NCBI RefSeq assembly: GCF_963537195.1
Contig: NZ_CAUTEG010000003.1
Coordinates: forward strand, 1,890 to 65,889
Length of the DNA: 64,000 nucleotides
Origin: Oribacterium sinus
GTDB lineage: Bacteria; Bacillota; Clostridia; Lachnospirales; Lachnospiraceae
Reading direction: 5' to 3'
Shown: in pieces, positions 25,543 to 33,623 of the stretch
Layout: every line of letters starts with the position of its first letter
Position numbering within the stretch: the stretch's first letter is position 1
Made by a program: the position numbers and the translations under genes
Notes under the pieces: generated by a model
What the model saw: the letters and a program-made list of their open reading frames with translations, nothing else
Database searches by the model: none
What the model was told of the DNA's origin: nothing

Positions 25543-26898
25543 TTACTCTTTTGCCTTGGTTTCGATGGTAGTCATTACAGAGCTTTCCTCTGTAGAAGCG
25601 ATGGTCTCTTCCTTCTTCTTGGAATCCTCCTTAGCCTTGGAGGATTCTTTGCTTGCAGAAGACTCCTGCTCCTTTGCAGCCTCTGTCTCGGCTTCGCTTG
25701 CCTTGCTCTCCTTGCCCTTATCGCTGTCCTGCTCCATGATTACGGAAGGCTCTTCATTCTTTACGGTAACCTGAGACTCAACATATTCCATCACTTTATT
25801 ACGGATAGCCGCTTCTTCTACCAGCTCCTTACCGTACTGCTCAATCAGCTTCACACGGTTAGTCTTTTCTCCGGTTAAGGAAGACTCCGCCTCAGCCAGC
25901 TCATCCAATAAAGCATCGGTTACCTTAATACCCTGATCGTCCGCCAGCTTTCGCATTAAGAAGAGCTGCTTTGCATAATCCTCCGCTTTGGCATAGGCAT
26001 CCTCTTTATACTCTTTCACGGTCTTTCCGGACATGTTGATGATATCCGCAACGGACAAGCCGTAGCTCTTCATCTGTTTAAGAGTTGCATCTAAAAGGTA
26101 AGCCTTTGCATATTCCATAAGCTTCTCGGAGGGCTTAACGGTAGCTTTTTCACTAATCGCCTGAATTGCCTGATCCTGAATGTTGGAGTGGTAGTTAAAA
26201 TCTTTTCTGGCCTGAAGCTGCTCACGAACCTGATCGCGATAGCTTTCTACGGTTTCCGCAGTAGTACCGTCATAGTTCTTTACCCATTCATCCGTTAAGG
26301 TAGCAGGACGCTTTACTTCATGAATCTTTACCGCAAATTCCGCAGCCTTACCGGCAAGCTCTTCATTGCCATAGCTCTCCGGGAAAGTAACCTTTACGGT
26401 AACATCCTCTCCGGCCTTCTTGCCAATCAGCTGATCCTCAAATCCGGGGATGAACTGTCCGGAGCCAAGCTTCAGATCCTGCTTCTCCGCTGTACCGCCG
26501 TCAAACTTCTTTCCGTCAATGGATCCGCTGTAGTCGATATTTACGGTATCTCCTTCCTTGGCTGCATCGTCTACCACGGTAGGATTCTGATCCAGGGTCT
26601 GCTGGATGGCATTGTCCACTTCTTCCTGGGTAACATTCTCCAAAGGTGCTACCGTAACGGTGATGCTCTTTAAATCCGGGAGAGTAATGCTTCCCATCTC
26701 GGAAAGCTTAGGCTCAGCAGGAACCTTCAGAGCTTCCAGCTCTTTAATCTCAGGACTGTCCTCGGTTAAGGTGGAGGAACTTACTTCACTTCCGGAAGCC
26801 TTCTCGGACTCCTTAGTCTCTGTCTTCTTGCCACAAGCTGCTGCCATAATCGCCATAGCCAGAATGGCTGCTGATGCAAATAATTTTCTTTTTCTCAT
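25543..26898 (-). CDS. lipoprotein with trigger-factor-like FKBP PPIase and C-terminal chaperone domains
   Basis: Lipobox AAACG. GDTVNIDYSGSIDGKKFDGG...GSGQFIPGFEDQLIG is a trigger-factor PPIase signature. Confidence 0.8.
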   Translation of the reverse strand: MRKRKLFASAAILAMAIMAAACGKKTETKESEKASGSEVSSSTLTEDSPEIKELEALKVPAEPKLSEMGSITLPDLKSITVTVAPLENVTQEEVDNAIQQTLDQNPTVVDDAAKEGDTVNIDYSGSIDGKKFDGGTAEKQDLKLGSGQFIPGFEDQLIGKKAGEDVTVKVTFPESYGNEELAGKAAEFAVKIHEVKRPATLTDEWVKNYDGTTAETVESYRDQVREQLQARKDFNYHSNIQDQAIQAISEKATVKPSEKLMEYAKAYLLDATLKQMKSYGLSVADIINMSGKTVKEYKEDAYAKAEDYAKQLFLMRKLADDQGIKVTDALLDELAEAESSLTGEKTNRVKLIEQYGKELVEEAAIRNKVMEYVESQVTVKNEEPSVIMEQDSDKGKESKASEAETEAAKEQESSASKESSKAKEDSKKKEETIASTEESSVMTTIETKAKE

Positions 26899-26961
26899 AA
26901 TACTCCTTAGTTTCTTGGAAAAATTCTTTCCCTGTTTTCGATATTTTAGCTTCCAATGAGT

Positions 26962-28356
26962 TTACTCTCTATTGAAAGCTAAAAATGCCTTGTAAGTATA
27001 ATAAACATCCAGCTTTGCTGTCAATTCAAATGGCGCATGCATGGAAAGAACTGCTACTCCTAGGTCTACGGTATCCACATTCATATTACCCATATACATG
27101 GCAATGGTTCCTCCGCCGCCTTCGTCTACCTTACCAAGCTCTCCCACCTGCCAGCAAACCTTGGCATCTTCCATGTATCCGATAACCTTCTGCATAGTCT
27201 CTGCGGAAGCATCATTGGAATAGCCCTTTCCTCTGGAGCCTGTGTACTTGGTGAGAACCGGACCATGGTTAAAGAAACAGGAGTTCTGCTTCTCATATAC
27301 ATCCGCCCAGGTTGGGTCGTATGCTGCATTTACATCGGAAGAAAGACAAATGGAGTTTCTCAGGATATCCCGTACTCTCTCTCCCTCACACTCCGCCAAA
27401 TCCTCTACAAAGTGGAGAAGAGCATCGGACTGCATTCCGGTATTTCCGGTAGAGCCGATTTCTTCCTTATCCACCAATGCGGTAAGAGAAGTAAATTCCG
27501 GAGTCTTACACTCCAGCTCCGCCATCAAAGCGGTATAAGCACAAACCTTATCATCCTGTCCGTAAGCACCTACCATGGAACGATCCAGTCCCACATCGCA
27601 AGCCTTCTGTGCAGGAACTAAGGTAAGCTCAGCCCGCATAAAGTCCTGCTCTACCATGCCGTACTGCTCATGAAGAATGGAAAGAATCTTCAGCTTAAAG
27701 GCTTCCTTTACTTCCTTGTCATCAACGGGGGTAGAGCCCAAAAGAATATTTAACTCCTCTCCCCGGATACCGTCGCTAAGCTTACGGTCGTCCTGCTTCT
27801 TGGAAAGGTGGGGAAGCAGGTCGGTAATCACCAGAATGGGATCTCCTTCCTTCTCTCCAAGGTCAAAATCCACATGCTTGCCATCCCGGAACATTACTCT
27901 TCCGTGAAGAGCCAGAGGAATGGTACTCCACTGGTACTTCTTGATTCCCCCATAATAGTGAGTCTTGAAATAAGAAAGCTCTTCCTGCTCATAAAGCGGA
28001 TTGGGCTTTAAGTCGATTCTGGGAGAATCAATGTGGGCAATATTAAAATGAATTCCCTGATCCAAGGGCTTCTTTCCCATGGTTACCAGGAAAATGTTCT
28101 TGCCTCTGTTGATAAAGTACAGCTTATCTCCGGTCTTGTACTTCACCCCTCTTGCAAATTCCTTGTAGCCCGCCTTCTTCGCCAGCTCCTCGCTATACTT
28201 TACGCATTCTCTTTCAATCTTGGAATGGTCTAAGAAGGTCTTGTAGCCCTCCGCAAAGTCCATAGCCTTCTGCAAATCCTCCGGTCTTTCCTTCGCGATA
28301 TGCTGAGGCTTAAAACACAACTTCTCTTCTAACTTCTGTCCCTCTGTCTTTCCCAT
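26962..28356 (-). CDS. M18-family aminopeptidase
   Basis: 464 aa with HIDSPR, DKEEIGS and SMHAPFE motifs. Confidence 0.9.
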   Translation of the reverse strand: MGKTEGQKLEEKLCFKPQHIAKERPEDLQKAMDFAEGYKTFLDHSKIERECVKYSEELAKKAGYKEFARGVKYKTGDKLYFINRGKNIFLVTMGKKPLDQGIHFNIAHIDSPRIDLKPNPLYEQEELSYFKTHYYGGIKKYQWSTIPLALHGRVMFRDGKHVDFDLGEKEGDPILVITDLLPHLSKKQDDRKLSDGIRGEELNILLGSTPVDDKEVKEAFKLKILSILHEQYGMVEQDFMRAELTLVPAQKACDVGLDRSMVGAYGQDDKVCAYTALMAELECKTPEFTSLTALVDKEEIGSTGNTGMQSDALLHFVEDLAECEGERVRDILRNSICLSSDVNAAYDPTWADVYEKQNSCFFNHGPVLTKYTGSRGKGYSNDASAETMQKVIGYMEDAKVCWQVGELGKVDEGGGGTIAMYMGNMNVDTVDLGVAVLSMHAPFELTAKLDVYYTYKAFLAFNRE

Positions 28357-28416
28357 AAAGACACCTCCTTCAATGCGTTTTTTAAGATTCTACTGTGTTC
28401 CTGTGTTGAAAATGTG

Positions 28417-28446
28417 AAAAAAAGCGGAGTTTCACCGCTTTTTTAC
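28417..28446 (-). terminator. intrinsic terminator after the signal peptidase gene
   Basis: AAAAAAGCGG..CCGCTTTTTT hairpin. Confidence 0.65.
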
Positions 28447-28464
28447 TCTACTGTCTGTTTCGAC

Positions 28465-29187
28465 TTAATGAATGAATCCTGCGCGGTTTAAAGGCCAATA
28501 GCAAATGTATACCTTAGCCAACATTTTCTCCCGCTTCACAAACTGGTTTTCTCCCCAGAAACGGGCATCCGCAGAATTGTTTCGGTTGTCTCCCATCATA
28601 AAATAGCAGCCCTCCGGAACGGTCACATCTACCTCCGGGAATTGATTGCCATCCACAATCATGGGCTCCGGTAAATAACTTTCCGTAATGGCTTTTCCAT
28701 TGATGTATACGGTACCCACCGGCACTTTTCCGGAAGAAGACTGTACTGCCAGCTTCTTAATCATGTCGGCATCCACCTCTCCGGTCTTCTTTACTTCCAC
28801 ATGGTCTCCCGGCATACCGATGACTCTCTTTACATAGTAAATAACCTGGTTTCTCTTATCCTCCCGGCCGTCATAGGGGCAGACTCCCTTATCGTTTTCC
28901 CGGTAAATCTGATGGTCGTTTCGGCATTGATAGCCATACAAAAAAATGGCCACATCCCCTCTTTCCACTTGGCCGAAACGGTAATGAAGCCGGGAACCGA
29001 AAACGCGGCTCCCCGCCATAATGGTGTTTTCCATAGATCCGGTGGGAATGGTGGAATTGGCAATCACATAATTGTTCAGTAAAAATGCGGCAATTCCCGC
29101 CACCAAAAGAATCTTCACCCACTCAAAAAGCTCTCCCAAAAAGCTTTGGGGCTTCTTCCGACTGCTCTTTTTTTGCTCTTCCTGCAT
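28465..29187 (-). CDS. lepB: signal peptidase I
   Basis: IPTGSMENT and MGDNRNNSADARFWG boxes. Confidence 0.9.
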   Translation of the reverse strand: MQEEQKKSSRKKPQSFLGELFEWVKILLVAGIAAFLLNNYVIANSTIPTGSMENTIMAGSRVFGSRLHYRFGQVERGDVAIFLYGYQCRNDHQIYRENDKGVCPYDGREDKRNQVIYYVKRVIGMPGDHVEVKKTGEVDADMIKKLAVQSSSGKVPVGTVYINGKAITESYLPEPMIVDGNQFPEVDVTVPEGCYFMMGDNRNNSADARFWGENQFVKREKMLAKVYICYWPLNRAGFIH

Positions 29188-29222
29188 AGCTTCTCCCTTT
29201 TTCTTATTAAAAAATCGTTCTC

Positions 29223-29570
29223 TTAAGAAGACTTTTCCTCGTTCTGCTGCTCTTGTCTTCTTGCGGTCATATACCGGTGCTCTTCCTCCAGCTCCTTATA
29301 CAGCTGCAAAAGACTCCAATCCCTATTATGCTCCGTTTCCATACATTTTAAATCCACCCGGATTCCCAGCTTCTTTAAATCCGTCAAAAAGTCTCCCACC
29401 TCCTTGGGGGAAAATCCGATGAATTTCAAAAGCTCCGCATCCTCCGGCAGACTCAGTATTTCCTCTTCCGGTGCAGACAGCAGCCGAATCTTTCGGATGA
29501 TGGCCACACCCCGGACCTTATTTACTTTATCGACATCTTTTCGATGGATATAGAGTATCTTTTTCTCCAT
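29223..29570 (-). CDS. hypothetical protein (possibly DUF3783-like)
   Basis: 115-aa ORF with an RBS. The family call is from memory only. Confidence 0.5.
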   Translation of the reverse strand: MEKKILYIHRKDVDKVNKVRGVAIIRKIRLLSAPEEEILSLPEDAELLKFIGFSPKEVGDFLTDLKKLGIRVDLKCMETEHNRDWSLLQLYKELEEEHRYMTARRQEQQNEEKSS

Positions 29571-29633
29571 TTCCTCTCCTTCCCGGTATTTTCATTCGCT
29601 TTATTTTAATTAGTAAAAATCTTGTCTTCTATC

Positions 29634-30611
29634 CTAGTTACGTTCTTGTCTTACCTCTTCCATAAACGCCGTAATTTCCTGTAAAAGAATCGGGCGTGCC
29701 TCTTCATTCAAGACTTCATGCCGTAATTTGGGGAAAATATGAAGTTTAAGCTTGGGATTTCCCAGTTGCTTTAGCATAGCATAAAGACTTGCCGGACCCT
29801 TGCCGTATTCTCCCACCGGATCCGCACCACCGGAAAAAATAAAGCAGGGAATATCCTTCAGCTTTTTGATTTCCGCATATTCATTAACCCTTACCAAAGC
29901 AGCCAAGAGGTCGGCATAGGCTCCCAGGGTAAAGCCCACTGCCAAAGGATCCCGACCATTTGCCTGACTCACCTCTTCCTTAGTGCAAATCCAAGCTGAT
30001 AGGCTCTTGGGATTCGGAATATGTCTGTTGAAATACTTCGCTAGTAGAATGCTTTCCTTTAGCGCATCATCCTTAGCTCCTCGAAGCTTCTTTTGAACAG
30101 CAATGTAGCCCTGCACCGGAAGCAGTATGGGGCTTCCCCCTGCCGTTCCGGAAAGCAGTAAGCCCTTTAAGTCCGCTCCATAGCTTGCCGCATAATCTCT
30201 TGCCAGGAAGGACCCCATGGAATGGCCAAAGAGAAATACAGGCAGATTCGGAAACCATTTCTTGATCTGCAAGAGGCTTCTGTGAATGTCATGAATCATA
30301 CTTTCCCAGCCGGAGCTGTCCCCAAAGTAGCCGGGGATATTGGCACTTTTTCCATGCCCCTGCATATCCATACCGCAAACCACATAGCCCTGCTTCGCCA
30401 TATACTCAAAAAGGTAACGATATTTTCCGATATGCCCCTGCATCCCGTGGAGCACAAAAAGAATCCCTTTCTTTTCAAGACTTTCCTCCTGCCACAGAAC
30501 ATTATAAATTTTCCCAAGCCCGTTGCTGGCTTCCCTTTTCCACTCTCTTCTTTCCATCCTTCTCCTTTTGCTTTCTATCGGCCTTCCCAAAAGCTTCATA
30601 TCGACCTTCAC
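29634..30611 (-). CDS. alpha/beta hydrolase (lysophospholipase/monoacylglycerol lipase-like)
   Basis: GHSMGS nucleophile elbow. GTG start preceded by GGAGG. Confidence 0.85.
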   Translation of the reverse strand: MKVDMKLLGRPIESKRRRMERREWKREASNGLGKIYNVLWQEESLEKKGILFVLHGMQGHIGKYRYLFEYMAKQGYVVCGMDMQGHGKSANIPGYFGDSSGWESMIHDIHRSLLQIKKWFPNLPVFLFGHSMGSFLARDYAASYGADLKGLLLSGTAGGSPILLPVQGYIAVQKKLRGAKDDALKESILLAKYFNRHIPNPKSLSAWICTKEEVSQANGRDPLAVGFTLGAYADLLAALVRVNEYAEIKKLKDIPCFIFSGGADPVGEYGKGPASLYAMLKQLGNPKLKLHIFPKLRHEVLNEEARPILLQEITAFMEEVRQERN

Positions 30612-30720
30612 GAAAACCTCCTATCAGGATTTTCAATATTCCCCATAATATCATGCTTTCCGCAGGAGATACAAGAAAAGAGCATCTTATCTCTTTACAA
30701 ATTTTATAATTTTTTCTAAG

Positions 30721-30940
30721 GAAGAAAGGGGCTGTAATAAAATGGAAAAGGATAAATAAGTTTTGGAGGCATAGGTCTAGTTGGGGGCACGCTCTCGCTA
30801 ACCTCGCCTCCTAGCAGTACTAACTTCAAGCATCGCCTTGCTCGCTTTCAGTAAGTACTGAGGGGCTCAGATTACCCCCTTTTAGACCTATGCCACCAAA
30901 ACTTGCACCAAAATCCGATTTTATTACAGCCCCTTTCTTC
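30721..30940. repeat. rod-like hairpin repeat, unit C (~220-bp near-perfect palindrome)
   Basis: Outer arms 30721-30743 / 30918-30940 are perfect (23 bp). Second arms 30758-30779 / 30883-30904 have 1 mismatch. Core boxes are in reverse orientation. Confidence 0.9.
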
Positions 30941-31034
30941 CTTTTCCTCTTCTCCCTGTTCTTTTTTCTTCCTTTATGATATATTTAAAAGGTTGCATTT
31001 GTTATATTTTTTAAGACTAATGAAAGGAGGGTTC

Positions 31035-31367
31035 ATGCTGATTTGTCCGATATGTGATTCTACCTTAGTGAATCGCTTTTGCCCGGTTTGCAAAAAGATC
31101 GTGAAAAATCCCTGGGTTTTGGATGACCGGGTGTTTATCAATCGTTCCCATTCTCTTCCGGACGATTTCTGTGAATATCATGGAAATGGGCGAAAAATCA
31201 CCTTGCTGAATAAAGTGGATCACAAAGGTTCCTCGGTGATTTCTGCAAAGCAAAATCCCTTAAAGCAAAAGCACGATCCCAGTCAATCTCAAATGGTGGA
31301 TACGGTTATGAAGAAAACAAATGATCCGCCGAAACCAACATTTTCCTATAATAAAAAGAAAGGATAA
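31035..31367 (+). CDS. zinc-ribbon small protein
   Basis: MLICPICDSTLVNRFCPVCKK (CxxC-x9-CxxC), after an AGGAGGG RBS. The track ORF start at 30903 overlaps the hairpin repeat and is rejected. Confidence 0.55.
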   Translation: MLICPICDSTLVNRFCPVCKKIVKNPWVLDDRVFINRSHSLPDDFCEYHGNGRKITLLNKVDHKGSSVISAKQNPLKQKHDPSQSQMVDTVMKKTNDPPKPTFSYNKKKG

Positions 31368-31372
31368 AGAAT

Positions 31373-32392
31373 ATGCCATTTATTGTTTTTTTGGTTGTTG
31401 TAATTGTGCTGATCAGCACCACCATTCGTATCGTATCGGAGGCCTGTGCCATGGTTGTAGAGCGTCTTGGACGCTTTCATACCGTATGGCGTCCGGGTAT
31501 TCACTTCCTGATTCCCTTTGCGGATCGTATCGCCAAGAGAATTAACTTAAAGGAGCAGGTAGCGGACTTCCCGCCCCAGCCGGTTATTACCAAAGATAAT
31601 GTTACCATGCGAATCGACTCCGTTGTCTTCTTCGTCATCACCGATCCTAAGCTTTATGCCTACGGTGTGGAGAATCCCATCGCAGCCATTGAAAACTTAA
31701 CCGCAACTACCCTTCGTAACATCATCGGTTCCATGGACTTGGATACCACTTTAACTTCCCGTGATGAAATCAACACCCAGATGCGTTCTCTTTTGGATGT
31801 GGCTACCGATCCTTGGGGTATCAAGGTGAACCGTGTAGAGTTAAAGAACATTCTTCCTCCTGAGGCTATCCGCGAGGCCATGGAGAAGCAGATGAAGGCG
31901 GAGCGTGAGAAGAGAGAGGCTATTACTCTAGCAGAGGGTAAAAAAGAAGCCGCAATTCAAACTGCACAGGGTAACAAGGAGGCTGCAATCCTGAATGCAG
32001 AAGCGGACAAGAAGAAGACCATCCTTGCCGCAGAAGCCCAGAAGGAAAAAGAAATTCAAGAGGCTGAAGGTCGTGCCCAGGCGATTTTGAATGTGCAAAG
32101 AGCGGAGGCGGAAGGTATTCGCCTTTTGAAGGAAGCCGGTGCAGATGATGCGGTACTTCGCATTCGTAGCTTAGAAGCCTTTGTCAAGGTATCCGAAGGA
32201 AAGGCTACCAAGATTATTATTCCTTCCGACATCCAGAATATGGCCGGCTTGTTAAGCAGTTTGAAGGAAACCCTCGTTTCTCCCTCCACTCCGGTGACTG
32301 ACTCCGATTCGGGGAACAGCTCTACTCCGGCAGCTGAAAGTAGCTCTACCTCTGATGCTCCTAAAGAGGTAAATGGAAATGAGGAAGCATGA
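31373..32392 (+). CDS. SPFH/Band 7 (stomatin-like) protein
   Basis: N-terminal TM segment, an SPFH core (VVERLGRFH...TKDNV), and an A/E/K-rich coiled coil. Confidence 0.92.
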   Translation: MPFIVFLVVVIVLISTTIRIVSEACAMVVERLGRFHTVWRPGIHFLIPFADRIAKRINLKEQVADFPPQPVITKDNVTMRIDSVVFFVITDPKLYAYGVENPIAAIENLTATTLRNIIGSMDLDTTLTSRDEINTQMRSLLDVATDPWGIKVNRVELKNILPPEAIREAMEKQMKAEREKREAITLAEGKKEAAIQTAQGNKEAAILNAEADKKKTILAAEAQKEKEIQEAEGRAQAILNVQRAEAEGIRLLKEAGADDAVLRIRSLEAFVKVSEGKATKIIIPSDIQNMAGLLSSLKETLVSPSTPVTDSDSGNSSTPAAESSSTSDAPKEVNGNEEA

Positions 32393-33303
32393 TAAAAATC
32401 ATCTTCTTTGATATCGACGGCACTCTTCGTCCCTTTGAAACCGGAATCATTCCGGAGGATAGCAAGGCTGCCGTCAGAAGAGTGCAGGAGGCAGGAGTGC
32501 TTTGTGCCATTGCCACCGGAAGGCACTGGGTGGAAATCTATAATGAAGGCTTGGTGGAGGATATGTATTTCGATGCCTTTGTCACTTTAGACGGAGGCTA
32601 TGACTACATCCTGCATCCGGAAAAGGCAAGACCTGTTTTTCAAAAGCAGGGAGCCAAAAAACCGAAGGATTACCACTTTCTGATTGATGAGGCAGGGCTT
32701 CCCCTGCCTTACTTTGACCCCAAAAACGGAGAGGTACTTTTACAAGAAGCCATCCACGGAGAAATGGTGGAAAATGTCCTTGCTATGGCGGAAGAAGAAA
32801 GCTTCCCTATTCTGTTTTTGGAAGAGAGACGGCTCTACGCCAACTTTGTAAATGACGCCTTGCTGCATTGTCTTTCGGAAATCAAATCCGGAATTCCTCC
32901 CATCCTTCCTTTGTCAGAAGCCAGGAAAAATCCTCTTTTTATGCTGATTCCGGTGCTTAATGAAACACAAGTGAAAGAGCTGGAAAGAAGAATTCCGGAC
33001 TGCCATTTGGTTCGCTGGTCCGACGGTCTATCCTTTGACGTGACCAAAAGAAATATTTCCAAGGTTTCAGGCATAGAAGCTATTTGTAAGGCTTTAGGCA
33101 TTCAAAGAGAAGAATGTGCCGCCATCGGAGACGGCTGGAATGATGTGGAAATGCTCTCCCATGTGGGAATGGGTATCGCCATGGGCAACGCCAAAGAAGA
33201 ATGTAAGGCTGTAGCAAACTACATCACCACCCCAATCCTGGAAGGCGGCCTACCCCAGGCAGTGGACTACATCCTTGAATATAACGAAACGCAGAAGAAG
33301 TGA
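32389..33303 (+). CDS. Cof-type HAD-IIB family hydrolase
   Basis: FFDIDGTL motif I, and GDGWNDVEML motif IV. Confidence 0.88.
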   Translation: MIKIIFFDIDGTLRPFETGIIPEDSKAAVRRVQEAGVLCAIATGRHWVEIYNEGLVEDMYFDAFVTLDGGYDYILHPEKARPVFQKQGAKKPKDYHFLIDEAGLPLPYFDPKNGEVLLQEAIHGEMVENVLAMAEEESFPILFLEERRLYANFVNDALLHCLSEIKSGIPPILPLSEARKNPLFMLIPVLNETQVKELERRIPDCHLVRWSDGLSFDVTKRNISKVSGIEAICKALGIQREECAAIGDGWNDVEMLSHVGMGIAMGNAKEECKAVANYITTPILEGGLPQAVDYILEYNETQKK

Positions 33304-33409
33304 TCTTTTCAAAGCGAATATCCATCAGCTTTCGCGCAGTATAGCTTGTATTAAGGGAGACACACTTGCCTCCCCACCTACACGCTAAGCATAAATTTTA
33401 AAAGAAATA

Positions 33410-33623
33410 CAGAAGAAGTGATCTTAGCAAGGCGAGTATCCATCAGCTTTCGAGCAGTATAGCTTGTAATAAGGGGCAATCTGAGCCCGCGGGTTCTTGG
33501 CTTTTGTTTTTTAAAAGCTTAGAACCCCTGCGAGGCGAGGTTAGCGGGAGCGTGCCCCTGTTACAAGCTATACTGCGCGAAAGCGATTTCGGATAATGCT
33601 TACCATTCATCACTTCCTCTGCG
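33410..33623. repeat. rod-like hairpin repeat, unit D
   Basis: Arms 33446-33469 / 33561-33584 (24 bp, 1 mismatch). Outer CAGAAGAAGTGAT / ATCACTTCCTCTG. Forward-orientation core boxes. Confidence 0.85.

Noticed and set aside
28465-29187. Cys-containing insertion (YGYQCRNDHQIYRENDKGVCPYDG) in signal peptidase I as a possible zinc site
   Set aside because: Only two cysteines are present. This is probably a lineage-specific loop and cannot be evaluated from sequence alone.
30903-31034. N-terminal 44 codons of track ORF 30903-31367
   Set aside because: This part overlaps the right arms of hairpin unit C and lacks an RBS. A strong AGGAGGG RBS precedes the internal ATG at 31035.
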